A DNA stretch of 64,000 nt from an uncultured Gemmatimonadales bacterium (GTDB taxonomy: Bacteria; Gemmatimonadota; Gemmatimonadetes; Longimicrobiales; RSA9): positions 1,504,001-1,568,000 of the forward strand of contig CAWFKH010000003.1 of assembly GCA_963816355.1 (NCBI GenBank), read 5' to 3'. The notes beneath the pieces were generated by a model. The model searched no databases. It was given only the letters and a program-made list of their open reading frames with translations, and was not told the DNA's origin. Shown here one piece after another: positions 49,458 to 59,385 of this stretch (within the stretch, counting starts at the first letter, position 1; each line of letters opens with the position of its first letter). Both the position numbers and the translations under genes were made by a program.

Positions 49458-50516
49458 TCAACGGCCGTCGTCCGGCCCCAGGATCTGCGACAGGAGCTGA
49501 CTCGCCGATTCTACGATCCCCACCACCTTCTCGTACGGCATGCGGGTCGGCCCGATCACCCCGATGACGCCGCTCAGGCGCCCGGAGCGGTAGACCGACG
49601 TGACCAGCGTGAAGCCGGAAAGCTCCGGCTGCTCGTGCTCCTCGCCGATCGTGATCTCGAGCGCCGTCTCCCGGCCCCGCGTGCGCAGCGCGCTGTCGAG
49701 CAGCTCGCGCTGCTCCGTCAGCTCGATGAGGCTCTTCAGGCGGCTGCCACTGGCGAACTCCGGCTGGTTCGCCAGCACGCTCGTGCGGCCCAGATGGAGC
49801 CGCTCCCCCGCCGCGTCGTCGAGCTGGAACAGCTCCTCCCCCGATTGCAGGAAGATGTTGAGCAGCTCCGCCGCCTCGTCGTCCGCCGCCGAGTCCCGCA
49901 GCCGTTCCGGCAGCGTGTCGTGGATCTCGCGCAGTGTCTGCCCCGCCAGCCGCTCGTTCAGCACCATGTTCACCGCCACCAGCGTCTCCGGCGGCACGGA
50001 CACCGGCACGTCGACGTAGACCGTCCGGATCACGCCGCTGCGCAGCGTCAGCACGAGAAGCACCTTGTCCGGCGTCGCCGAGAGCAGCTCGAGCTTCTCG
50101 AGCACCGCCTCCTCGAGCTGCGGCCGGACCGCCAGGCCCAACTCGCCGGAGAGGATCCCCAGCGCCTGCGCGGAGCGCCGCAGCAGCCGTTCCAGCCCCG
50201 TCGCGGCATCCTCCAGCAGCTCCTTGCGCAGGTGCCGCGCCTCGCGCGACGTGAGCGGCACCGGACGCATCAGCGAATCGACGTAGAACCGATACGCCCG
50301 GTCCGTCGGCACCCGCCCCGCCGACGTGTGCGGGTGGAAGAGGAAGCCCTTGTCCTCCAGATCCGCCATCGTGTTGCGGATCGTCGCCGGCGAGATCCCG
50401 AGGTCGTACCGCCGCGCGACCATACGGCTCCCCGCCGGCTCCGCCGAGTCGACGAAGGAGCGGATCACGGCCTCGAGGACCTGTCGCTCGCGATCGCTGA
50501 GCTGTTCTTCTCTCAT
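49458..50516 (-). CDS. hrcA: heat-inducible transcription repressor HrcA
   Basis: SPATIRNTMADLE, PHTSAGRVPT, VIGPTRMPY. Confidence 0.97.
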   Translation of the reverse strand: MREEQLSDRERQVLEAVIRSFVDSAEPAGSRMVARRYDLGISPATIRNTMADLEDKGFLFHPHTSAGRVPTDRAYRFYVDSLMRPVPLTSREARHLRKELLEDAATGLERLLRRSAQALGILSGELGLAVRPQLEEAVLEKLELLSATPDKVLLVLTLRSGVIRTVYVDVPVSVPPETLVAVNMVLNERLAGQTLREIHDTLPERLRDSAADDEAAELLNIFLQSGEELFQLDDAAGERLHLGRTSVLANQPEFASGSRLKSLIELTEQRELLDSALRTRGRETALEITIGEEHEQPELSGFTLVTSVYRSGRLSGVIGVIGPTRMPYEKVVGIVESASQLLSQILGPDDGR

Positions 50517-51706
50517 TCCCTCTCCTCGCGACGCCGGAACGAATGTGCCGCGCCGCCGGAACGAGCGTCAAGCGCCCCCCGCCGGCCGCACTCCGCCAGC
50601 TCCACCGAGAGCCGATCGAGCAGCAGCCAGCCGGCCGGCGTGAGCCGGATGCGGCTTCCGTCCCGGTGCGCCCAGCCGCGCTCCAGCCACATGGGCAGCA
50701 GCGACGCCTCCGCCGCCGGCCACTCCGCGCGCGCCACGCCTTCGCGCGTGCGCAGACCGAGCCAGGCGTGTTCCAGCCTCGACGCCTCCTCGTCCAACGA
50801 CTCCGTACCCTCGACCGCGTCCCCGCCCTTCAGCGCCCGCCCGCGGTAGGCCGCCCAGTCCCGCGTGTTCCACCACCGCCGCGGCGGCACGAACGAATGC
50901 GCCCCGGGGCCGAGGCCGAGGTAGGGCGAACCGTCCCAGTACGCCGCGTTGTGGCGGGAGCGCTGTCCCGGCCGCGCGAAGTTCGAGACCTCGTAATGCT
51001 CGAATCCCGCGCCCTCAAGGCGGGCCGCCGCCTCCAGGTACTCCGCCCCGTAGCGCTCCTCCGCGGGCATCGCCTCTCGACCCTCCCGCACGCTCCGCCC
51101 CAGCGGCGTCGCCGGCTCCGCCGTAAGGCCGTAGAGCGATACGTGGTCCGGATCAAGGGAGAGCAGGCGCTCCACATCCCCACGCCAATCGCGCGGAAGC
51201 CGCTCCGGCAGACCGAAGATGAGGTCGAGGCTGATGCTGGCGATCCCGGCCGCACGGCCCGCCGCCACCGCCCGCGCGGGTCCCTCCGCCCCGTGCAGCC
51301 TCCCCATCCAGCGCAGCGTCGCCTCGTCGAAGCTCTGCACGCCGAGGCTCACCCGGCCTACGCCCGCGCGCCGCCAGTCGGCCGCCAGCGAGGCGTCGAA
51401 GCTCTCGGGATTCGCCTCCACCGTCCACTCGACGTCGCCGGCCAGATCCACGTGCCGCGCCAGACGACGACGCAGCTCCGCCATCGCGCCGACGCCGAGC
51501 GTCGACGGCGTGCCGCCGCCCACGTACAGCGTCCGCAGCCGCAGCCCCTCCCAGCCGTGCCGCGCCAGCGCGCCGCGCAGCTCCGCCTCGATCGCGTCCA
51601 GCCACGACGTGAGCGGCGGCCGTCGCGTCGCCGTGACGGCGAAGTCGCAGTAGCCGCAGCGCCGCAGGCAGAACGGAACGTGAACGTAGAGGCTTTCCGG
51701 CTTCAC
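50513..51706 (-). CDS. hemW: radical SAM heme chaperone HemW
   Basis: LYVHVPFC..RCGYCDF, GGGTPS, YEVSNF, HNAAYW. Confidence 0.92.
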   Translation of the reverse strand: MKPESLYVHVPFCLRRCGYCDFAVTATRRPPLTSWLDAIEAELRGALARHGWEGLRLRTLYVGGGTPSTLGVGAMAELRRRLARHVDLAGDVEWTVEANPESFDASLAADWRRAGVGRVSLGVQSFDEATLRWMGRLHGAEGPARAVAAGRAAGIASISLDLIFGLPERLPRDWRGDVERLLSLDPDHVSLYGLTAEPATPLGRSVREGREAMPAEERYGAEYLEAAARLEGAGFEHYEVSNFARPGQRSRHNAAYWDGSPYLGLGPGAHSFVPPRRWWNTRDWAAYRGRALKGGDAVEGTESLDEEASRLEHAWLGLRTREGVARAEWPAAEASLLPMWLERGWAHRDGSRIRLTPAGWLLLDRLSVELAECGRRGALDARSGGAAHSFRRREERE

Positions 51707-51867
51707 GGCCGCTTCTACCCTCGTCGCGGCGGGGGGTTCTCGGCGAGCGAGCCGCGCGCGAACGGCGGGCGGACGGAACGGCTGATTGCGCTTCACCCGT
51801 GTCGCGGCTATTCGTGCAGAGCGAATCGACCCGCCGTCCCCACGGCTCGACCTCAGGAGCACACCAC

Positions 51868-53298
51868 ATGTACCGACCCGCGATATCGACGGTATCGGCG
51901 GCTCCCCGCGCGGCATTCGGCGTGCCGCTGCTGGGACTCGCCCTCCTCGCCGGACCTCTTCTCGCGCAGCAGCAACAGCAGCAGCGGACTCCGCCACTGC
52001 CGATCGCGACGTTCACGCTCGACAACGGTCTTCGCTTCATCGTGAGCGAGGACCATTCGACACCGATCGTCGCGGTGAACGTCTACTACTACGTGGGCAG
52101 CGGTCGCGAGCGCGCGGGTCGATCCGGCTTCGCCCACCTGTTCGAGCACATGCTCTTCCAGGAGACGAAGCACCTCGACAAGGGCGAGTTCAACCGCCAG
52201 ATCACGCAGGCGGGCGGCACGTCCAACGGCACCACGAGCGAGGACCGCACGATGTACTTCGAGATCGTGCCGTCGAACCGCCTCAACCTCGCGCTGTGGA
52301 TGGAGGCGGACCGGCTGGCGAACCTCGTCGTCACGGACGCGAACTTCAAGCGCGAGCGCGAGGTCGTGAAGGAGGAGCGCCGGCTCCGTGTCGAGAATCA
52401 GCCCTACGCCGGGTCGATCCTCCGGCTCGACACGCTCGCCACGGACTACCCGCCCTACAAGCACACGGTCATCGGGAGCATGGATGACCTGAACGCCGCG
52501 ACGGCGGAGGACGTCCGCACGTTCCACGACGAGTACTACGTGCCGAACAACGCCACGATCGCGCTCGTCGGCGACGTCACGTTGGACGAGGTGAAGCAGA
52601 TGGCGCAGAAGTACTTCGCCTGGATCCCGCGCGGCGCCGCGGTCGGCCCGCTGCCCCCGCCGACGCCGACTCCGCACGCGGGCGAGGAGCGGCGGCTGCG
52701 GGTGGAGGACAGGATGGCGAACCTGCCGCTCTACTACGCGGCCTACGCCATTCCGCCTCACAGCGCGCACGACACCTACGCGCTCGATCTGCTGTCGAAG
52801 ATCTTCAGCCAGGGCGAGTCGAGCCGTCTCAACCAGCGCCTCGTCAAGCAGGAGAAGGCGGCGGTCCAGGTCTTCTCCGGGCTCAACAGCCGCTACGGAC
52901 CGGGCGCCCTCGTCTTCGGCGCGCTGCCGAACCAGGGCGTGCCGATCGAGCGGATCGAGTCGTTGATCGACGACGAGATCCAGAAGCTCGAGACGGACGG
53001 GGTGACGGAGCGTGAGCTGCAGAAGGCGAAGAACCAGACGCTCGCGGACCAGGTCCGGCAGCGCTCGACCGTTCTCTCGAAGAGCGTCGAGCTGCAGCAG
53101 GCGTTGTTCCTCGAGGGCGACGCCTCCGCCGTGAACCGCGACCTGCAGCAGTACATGGACGTCACGGTTCAGGACATCGTGGACGTGGCGCGCAAGTACC
53201 TCGTGCCGGGCAACCGGTCCGTCCTCATCACCGTTCCCGCCGGCGAGAAGGCCGACGCGTCGCCGGCGAAGGACGCCAGCGGAAAGGAGGCGCGCTGA
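51868..53298 (+). CDS. secreted M16 family zinc peptidase, catalytic subunit
   Basis: GFAHLFEHM (HXXEH), EREVVKEERR, YYVPNNA; signal peptide; ATG after AGGAG. Confidence 0.92.
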   Translation: MYRPAISTVSAAPRAAFGVPLLGLALLAGPLLAQQQQQQRTPPLPIATFTLDNGLRFIVSEDHSTPIVAVNVYYYVGSGRERAGRSGFAHLFEHMLFQETKHLDKGEFNRQITQAGGTSNGTTSEDRTMYFEIVPSNRLNLALWMEADRLANLVVTDANFKREREVVKEERRLRVENQPYAGSILRLDTLATDYPPYKHTVIGSMDDLNAATAEDVRTFHDEYYVPNNATIALVGDVTLDEVKQMAQKYFAWIPRGAAVGPLPPPTPTPHAGEERRLRVEDRMANLPLYYAAYAIPPHSAHDTYALDLLSKIFSQGESSRLNQRLVKQEKAAVQVFSGLNSRYGPGALVFGALPNQGVPIERIESLIDDEIQKLETDGVTERELQKAKNQTLADQVRQRSTVLSKSVELQQALFLEGDASAVNRDLQQYMDVTVQDIVDVARKYLVPGNRSVLITVPAGEKADASPAKDASGKEAR

Positions 53299-55445
53299 TG
53301 CGTGCGACCACTCTCGCGAGCCTGTCCCTCGCAGCGCTGCTCGCCGCCTGCGCTTCCTCCGCGGCCTCCAACGAAGCGCCGGCCGCCGCGCCGAAGCCCA
53401 CGCCCGCGCCCGCTTCGCTCTCCGGGGGCGGCCTGCCGGCCGAGCCGCCGGCGCCGCTGCCGCTCGAACCGACGAGGTTTCCGCCGTTCCAGGAGCTGAC
53501 GCTCGCCAGCGGCGCCCGCGTCATCGTGGTCGAGAACCACGAACAGCCGTACGTCTCCGTGAACCTGCGGATCGAGAACGGGGACGCCGCAGACCCCGCG
53601 AGCGAGGCGGGCCTGGCGCAGATGACCGCCGACCTGCTGGACAAGGGCACGAAGACGCGCGACGCCCGGGAGATCGCGCAGGCGGTCGACTTCGACGGCT
53701 CCACGCTGTCGGCCGCCTCCAGCCCGGACTGGACGAGCATCACGCTCGGCACGCTGACCGACCATCTCGACAGCGGCCTCGACTTGCTCGCCGACGTCGT
53801 GATGAATCCGACGTTCCCCCAGGACGAGCTGGAGACCGAGCGCAAGCGCACCCTCTCCACGCTTCAGGTCGCGCAGAGCCAGCCCGCCTTCCTCGCCCAG
53901 CGCCGCTTCATGCGCGAGGTCTACGGCGCCCATCCGTACGGCGTCTCCGCCACGCCGACCACCGTCAAGGCGATCGACCGCGACGCCGTGCTCGCCTTCC
54001 ACGACCGCTACTACACGCCCTCGAACGCGCTCTTCGTGGTCGCGGGCGACGTGCACGCCGACGACGTCGTCGCCCGTCTCAACCGCCGCTTCGGCGGCTG
54101 GGCGAAGGGGACCGCGCCCACCGTCGCCATGCCCGCTCCGCCCGCCCAGAGCGTCCGGCGGCTGGTCTTCGTCGACAAGCCGGGGTCGGTGCAGGCCGTG
54201 ATGCGCGTCGGCCACCTGCTGCCGCCGGCGAGCAGCCGCGACTGGATCGGGCTCGACGTCATGAACCAGGTCCTCGGCGGCGGCGTCTCCGGCTGGCTCT
54301 TTCAGCAACTGCGCGAAGAGAAGGGTTATACCTACGGCGCCTACTCGAGCGCCACGGAGAACCAGGGGCCCGGCTACTTCCTGGCGACGGCCGAGGTCCG
54401 CAACGAGGTCGCCGACAGCGCGCTCGCCGGCCTCCTCGCCCTCCTCGAGCAGATGCGCTCGGAGGCGGTGCCGCAGCCCGACCTCGACGCGGCGAAGGCG
54501 TTCATGACCGGCTCCTTCCCGCTCCGCATCGAGACGCCCACGCAGGTCGCCGGTCAGGTCGCCACGACGATCCTCCTCGGCCGCCCCGCCGACTACCTGC
54601 AGACATACCGCCAGCGCGTCGCCGCGACCACCGCCGCGGACGTGCAGCGCAGCGCCCGCCAGTACCTGCACCCGGATCGCTCCGTCATCGTCGTCGTCGG
54701 CGACGCGTCGAAGATCCTCGACAGCCTCACGCCGCTGGCCGACTCCGTCGAGCTCTACGACATCTCCGGAAAGCCGCTGTCGCGCGCCGAGCTCTCCGCC
54801 GCTGCGCAGCCGACGCCGCTCGATGTCGACGCGTCGGCCTTCGCGCCGCGTACGACCACCTACCAGATCCTCTTCCAGGGAAATCCGGTGGGCGAGTCGT
54901 CCACCGTCGTCACGCGCGAGCAACGCGGCGGCCGCGCCGTCGTGCACGCGACGACGACGCTGAAGGCGGGACCCGGCCAGACCCAGGAGGTCGTCTTCGA
55001 TCCCGTGGGCTTCGTGCCGATCTCCGCCACGGCCACCGGGCCCGCCTCCATGCAGCTCGACGTCGCGAACGGCCGCATCACCGGCACCATCACCGCCATG
55101 GGCAAGGTGGACACGGTCGACGTCGCCTACCAACCCGGTACGCTGCTGCCCGGGATGGACCCCTTCGCGGTCGCCGGCGCCGACCTCGCATCCGACGGCA
55201 AGGTCCGCTTCCAGCTGCTCTCGCCACGAACCGGCGGCACCGCCCTCACCACCGCCACCGTCGCGGGCGACACCACGCTCAGCGTCCCCGCCGGCACGTT
55301 CGATGTCTACCGCCTCGATCTCAGCGGGCCGCAGCCAGCCACGCTCTTCGTCCGCAAGAAGGCGCCGCACCTCGTCATCCGCCAGGAGCTCGCCGCGCCG
55401 CCGATCGTCCTGGAGCTGAAGTCGTTGACCGAAGGCGGACCGTGA
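53298..55445 (+). CDS. M16 peptidase non-catalytic partner, lipoprotein with extra C-terminal beta-rich domain
   Basis: Lipobox LAAC; no HXXEH; LREEKGYTYG; about 220-aa C-terminal extension containing VPAGTF. Confidence 0.88.
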   Translation: MRATTLASLSLAALLAACASSAASNEAPAAAPKPTPAPASLSGGGLPAEPPAPLPLEPTRFPPFQELTLASGARVIVVENHEQPYVSVNLRIENGDAADPASEAGLAQMTADLLDKGTKTRDAREIAQAVDFDGSTLSAASSPDWTSITLGTLTDHLDSGLDLLADVVMNPTFPQDELETERKRTLSTLQVAQSQPAFLAQRRFMREVYGAHPYGVSATPTTVKAIDRDAVLAFHDRYYTPSNALFVVAGDVHADDVVARLNRRFGGWAKGTAPTVAMPAPPAQSVRRLVFVDKPGSVQAVMRVGHLLPPASSRDWIGLDVMNQVLGGGVSGWLFQQLREEKGYTYGAYSSATENQGPGYFLATAEVRNEVADSALAGLLALLEQMRSEAVPQPDLDAAKAFMTGSFPLRIETPTQVAGQVATTILLGRPADYLQTYRQRVAATTAADVQRSARQYLHPDRSVIVVVGDASKILDSLTPLADSVELYDISGKPLSRAELSAAAQPTPLDVDASAFAPRTTTYQILFQGNPVGESSTVVTREQRGGRAVVHATTTLKAGPGQTQEVVFDPVGFVPISATATGPASMQLDVANGRITGTITAMGKVDTVDVAYQPGTLLPGMDPFAVAGADLASDGKVRFQLLSPRTGGTALTTATVAGDTTLSVPAGTFDVYRLDLSGPQPATLFVRKKAPHLVIRQELAAPPIVLELKSLTEGGP

Positions 55446-55473
55446 GCCGGGGACCCGCCGCCCGCTCGGCCTT

Positions 55474-56667
55474 CTAGCGGGCGAGGGCGAACCGCATGCC
55501 GGGAAGCTGACGGGCCGCCCCCGTCAGCTCCAGCTCGAGGAGGGCGGCGAGCGCCTCCGAGGCCGCCACGCCGCACCTCTGCGCGATGTCGTCGACGTGG
55601 CGCGGGTCCGGCTCCAGCTCCGCCAGGAGCCGGGCCGCCGGACCCGCGATCCCCGCCGCGTCGGCCGCCCGCACCGGCGCCATGGACGCGGCGGATCGCG
55701 TCGCACCGCCCCCTCCAACCGATCCGCCCCCTCCAACCGATCCGTCCGACCCGACCGATCCGTCCGGCCGCCCGCCGCGCCGCGGGCCGGACGGCGCCGG
55801 CAGCTTCAGCTCCTCGAGCACGTCGCGGGCCGACTCGACCAGGCGAGCGCCGTCGCGGATGAGCGCGTTCGTCCCCGCGCTGGTCGGACGCCCGACGGCT
55901 CCCGGGACCGCGAACACCTCGCAGCCGATCTCGAGCGCGTGCTCGACGGTGTGCAAGGCGCCGCTGCGCTCGCCGGCCTCGACCACGATCACGCCCCTCA
56001 CGAGCGCGGCGATGATCCGGTTGCGGCGCGGGAAATGGGGTCCGAACGCCGGAGCACCCGGATCGAACTCGGTGAGGAGAAGCCCCTCGCGCGCGATGCG
56101 CTCGTGCAGCCGGGCGTGCTCGGGCGGATAGGCGACGTCGATCCCCGTCCCCAGCACGGCGATCGTGCCGCCGCACTCGAGTGCGCCCAGGTGGGCCTGC
56201 AGGTCTATGCCGCGCGCGAGGCCGCTCACCACCACGACGCCGGCCCGCGCGAGGTCCCTTCCGAGCATGTGCGCCACGTCGGCGCCGTACTCGGTGTGCC
56301 GGCGGGAGCCGACGATCGCCACGGCGGCCCCTTCGAGCAGCTCCGTGCGGCCCGCGGTGAAGAGCACCGCGGGCGGCTGGGCGAGGCGGTGCAGCCGCGC
56401 GGGGTAGTCCGGCTCTCCCTCCAGAAGGACGCGGACGTCGGAGTTCCGCAGCCGCTCGACCGCGACGCGCGCGCCATCGGCGGCGCGGCGGGAGCCGCGA
56501 GCGGCGGCCGCGCGGGTTCCCAGCTCCCGGGCCGACGCGCGCTCGAGCGCGACGGAGGGTGTAGCGTAGCGCGCGAGCAGCATGCGCAGCCGCGCGTCGC
56601 CGATCCCGGGCAGGGCGCGCAGGTGGAGGAGCGCGCGCAGATCGGCGTCGCTCAGCGTCGTGTGCAA
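55474..56667 (-). CDS. dprA: DNA-processing protein DprA
   Basis: AIVGSR, VSGLARGID, FPRRNRII, VEAGERSG; TTG start inferred. Confidence 0.93.
   Translation of the reverse strand: MHTTLSDADLRALLHLRALPGIGDARLRMLLARYATPSVALERASARELGTRAAAARGSRRAADGARVAVERLRNSDVRVLLEGEPDYPARLHRLAQPPAVLFTAGRTELLEGAAVAIVGSRRHTEYGADVAHMLGRDLARAGVVVVSGLARGIDLQAHLGALECGGTIAVLGTGIDVAYPPEHARLHERIAREGLLLTEFDPGAPAFGPHFPRRNRIIAALVRGVIVVEAGERSGALHTVEHALEIGCEVFAVPGAVGRPTSAGTNALIRDGARLVESARDVLEELKLPAPSGPRRGGRPDGSVGSDGSVGGGGSVGGGGATRSAASMAPVRAADAAGIAGPAARLLAELEPDPRHVDDIAQRCGVAASEALAALLELELTGAARQLPGMRFALAR
55706..55766. repeat. in-frame 18-nt tandem repeat (about 3.4 copies) in the dprA linker
   Basis: ccgccccctccaaccgat x2 + ccgtccgacccgaccgat; encodes GSVGSD/GSVGGG. 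Confidence 0.8.
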
Positions 56668-56674
56668 CGTCCGC

Positions 56675-57712
56675 TCACGGCCGCCACGTCTCCTCCTCCG
56701 TGTCGAGCGCGGCCGCAGCCGCAGCGTCCGCGTCCAGGCTCGAGAGGCGTTTCCAGAGGGCTTCCATGAGATCGTCGAGGCGCTTGCGCGCGACCGCCGA
56801 GACGCCGAATTGGCCCCACGCGTCCGGGGCGCCGATGTGAGGGATCGCAGCATCCGGCTCGAGCAGATCGATCTTCGTGACCACCACGCAGTGGGGCTTG
56901 CGGGCGAGCGCCGGCGAATGCGCTTCCACCTCGGCGCGGAGCAGCGCGTATTCCGCGGCCGGATCGGGCGCATCGCAGGGGATCAGGAAGGCGAGGGTCC
57001 GGGTGCGCTCGATGTGGCGCAGGAAGCGCAGTCCGAGGCCCCGTCCCTCGTGCGCGCCTTCGATGATGCCCGGAATGTCCGCCACGACGAAGGAACGGTG
57101 ACCGGAGAGCTGGACGACGCCCAGGTTCGGAGTGAGCGTCGTGAACGGGTAATCCGCCACTTTCGGGCGTGCCGCCGAGACCGCCGCGAGCAGTGTGGAC
57201 TTGCCCGCGTTCGGCTGTCCCACGAGGCCGACGTCCGCGATCAGCTTCAGCTCCAGCGCGATCCGCCTTTGCTCCCCCTCTTCGCCCGGCTCCCACTCAT
57301 GGGGCGTGCGGTGCGTCGGCGTAGCGAAGGCGGCGTTGCCGCGCCCGCCACGGCCGCCGCGCGCGACGACCAGTCGCTGAGCGTTCACGGTCATCTCGCC
57401 GAGCGTATCGCCGCTCTCGACGTCACGGACCACGGTGCCGAGCGGTACGCGCAGCGTCAGGTCAGCGCCGTCACGGCCGGTCCGGTTCTTCCCCTGCCCG
57501 TGCTCGCCGCGCTCCGCGCGATAGGTGCGCTGATAGCTGTAGTCGAGGAGCGTCGCGATCTGGTCGTCCGCGACCAGGATGACGCTGCCGCCGTGGCCGC
57601 CGTCGCCGCCCGAGGGCCCGCCGCGGGGCACGTATTTCTCCCGCCGGAACGCCTCCGCACCCGAACCGCCGACGCCGGCCTCGATCTCGATCTCCACGTA
57701 GTCCACAAACAT
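56675..57712 (-). CDS. obgE: GTPase ObgE/CgtA
   Basis: MFVD, GGDGGHGG, GQPNAGKST, YPFTT, DIPG, TKID. Confidence 0.97.
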   Translation of the reverse strand: MFVDYVEIEIEAGVGGSGAEAFRREKYVPRGGPSGGDGGHGGSVILVADDQIATLLDYSYQRTYRAERGEHGQGKNRTGRDGADLTLRVPLGTVVRDVESGDTLGEMTVNAQRLVVARGGRGGRGNAAFATPTHRTPHEWEPGEEGEQRRIALELKLIADVGLVGQPNAGKSTLLAAVSAARPKVADYPFTTLTPNLGVVQLSGHRSFVVADIPGIIEGAHEGRGLGLRFLRHIERTRTLAFLIPCDAPDPAAEYALLRAEVEAHSPALARKPHCVVVTKIDLLEPDAAIPHIGAPDAWGQFGVSAVARKRLDDLMEALWKRLSSLDADAAAAAALDTEEETWRP

Positions 57713-57716
57713 CGTT

Positions 57717-58370
57717 TCAGTCCGTACCTTCCGCGCGGACAGCGGGTTCTCGATCGCCGGGGGACGCGTTCCCCCGACGCCGCTCGACGACCCGGCGCCA
57801 CGTCTCTCGAACGGCCGACGCGCTCGCCGGCGGCAGTCCCGCGCACGCGAGGTCCACCGTCGCCTCTACCTCCTCGCGCGCCGCACCGGCGTTGAGGGCA
57901 CCGCGCAGGTGCGAGTAGAGCTGCGCCTCGGCATCCTGCCCGGCGAGCAGCGCGACCGTGCACAGCTCCCGGCGCGCCAGCGACAGTCCCTCTCGACCCA
58001 GTACCTTGCCGTATCCGTCCGCCACCATCCAACGCTCCATGTCCGGGTGGAGGCGCGCGATGTTCTCGCGCAGCCGCGCATATTCGCCGCCGTACACCGT
58101 GCCACACACCTCCTCTCCACGGCGCGCCCACAGGCGCGGATCGTCCGGCACCGCCGGCGGCGGCGCGCGTCCGCTGCGGTCGCGCCAGGCGGCGAACGCG
58201 TTCAACGATGCCGGATACCCCAGGAAGAGGTGGCTCTGGAGCAGCAGCTCCTCGACCTCTACCGGATCCGCCTCGGTCGCCGCCGCGTCCAGCGCCGCCT
58301 CGATCCCGTCGCGGTCGCGCCGCCCGAGCGCCACAGCCACCCGGAGCAGCGCACGTGTCGCCTCATCCAA
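57717..58370 (-). CDS. carboxymuconolactone decarboxylase (CMD/AhpD-like) family protein
   Basis: YGKVLGREGL..RREL..VA.L, HLRGALNAG; TTG start inferred. Confidence 0.8.
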   Translation of the reverse strand: MDEATRALLRVAVALGRRDRDGIEAALDAAATEADPVEVEELLLQSHLFLGYPASLNAFAAWRDRSGRAPPPAVPDDPRLWARRGEEVCGTVYGGEYARLRENIARLHPDMERWMVADGYGKVLGREGLSLARRELCTVALLAGQDAEAQLYSHLRGALNAGAAREEVEATVDLACAGLPPASASAVRETWRRVVERRRGNASPGDREPAVRAEGTD

Positions 58371-59370
58371 GTCGCGCCTCCAGGTCGACGTCCGCCCGGA
58401 TGCGGCCCACCACCTCACCACGCGTGTTCGTCACGTCCGGCTCCGCGTACGCGGACAGCGCCGCCATCTCTTCCTCGCCGAGCACGCCGAGCACGCGCAA
58501 CACGGCGAGGAGCGCGACCTCCGCCGCGCGGCGGGACCCGTCCTCCACCTTGAGCGCGAGACCCAGTTCCGCCCCGGGAACGCCGGCGCAGTACACGCCT
58601 TCCGCGCCGTACTTCGCGAAGATGCGGCCCTCCGTCACCTGCATCAGCGCCGTGCAGAGGCGAGCCTCCCCCGCGATCATGCCCGGGTGGTGCGTCATCG
58701 CGCCAACCACCTGCGCCGCCGCCGGCTCCGCCGTCACCCGCCGGGCCGCCGCGGCGACGCGCGCGAAGGCGCCGGCGAGCGAGCGCAGCGCGACGGCGAA
58801 GGTGACGACGCCGCAGCCGTCGACGCCGGTCCCGATCCCGTCCACCGGGACTTCCGTCCATTGCGATATCGTGCCGAGCATCCGTCGCTGAACCGGGTGC
58901 TTCGCTCGCTCGTACCCGTTCAACGGCCAGCCGTGCATGCTCGCGAGGGCCAGCATCCCCGCGTGTTTCCCGGAGCAGTTGTTGTGCAGCCGCGAGGGCG
59001 CGATCCCCGCCGCCTGCAGCGCCACCGCGGACGGTGCGTGCGTCGGCGCTTGCGGCCCGCACGCCAGCGCCTCAGGCTCGACGCCGATGCGCGCGAGCAT
59101 CGACATCGCCGTCTCGACGTGGCGCGGCTCCCCTCCGTGCGACGCGCACGTCAGCGCGAGCTCCGGCTCGACGAAGCCGAAACGCGCGAGGCCGCCGTCC
59201 TCCACCAGCGGGAGCGCCTGTAGCGGCTTCACCGCTGAACGCGCGAAGACCGGCTCGTCGACGTCGCCCGCGACCGCGCGCAGGTGACCGTCGCCGTCGA
59301 CCACCGCCACGCGCACGCGGTGTCGGGACTCGATCAGTGCGCCGCGCCACACCTCCACGCGCACGCTCAC
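58363..59370 (-). CDS. L-asparaginase II (Rhizobium-type) family protein
   Basis: RG.LIES.H, RSAVKPLQA, CASHGGE, NNCSGKHAGML, DGC, KYGAEGV. Confidence 0.9.
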   Translation of the reverse strand: MSVRVEVWRGALIESRHRVRVAVVDGDGHLRAVAGDVDEPVFARSAVKPLQALPLVEDGGLARFGFVEPELALTCASHGGEPRHVETAMSMLARIGVEPEALACGPQAPTHAPSAVALQAAGIAPSRLHNNCSGKHAGMLALASMHGWPLNGYERAKHPVQRRMLGTISQWTEVPVDGIGTGVDGCGVVTFAVALRSLAGAFARVAAAARRVTAEPAAAQVVGAMTHHPGMIAGEARLCTALMQVTEGRIFAKYGAEGVYCAGVPGAELGLALKVEDGSRRAAEVALLAVLRVLGVLGEEEMAALSAYAEPDVTNTRGEVVGRIRADVDLEARLG

Positions 59371-59385
59371 TGGCTCACCCCGTGA

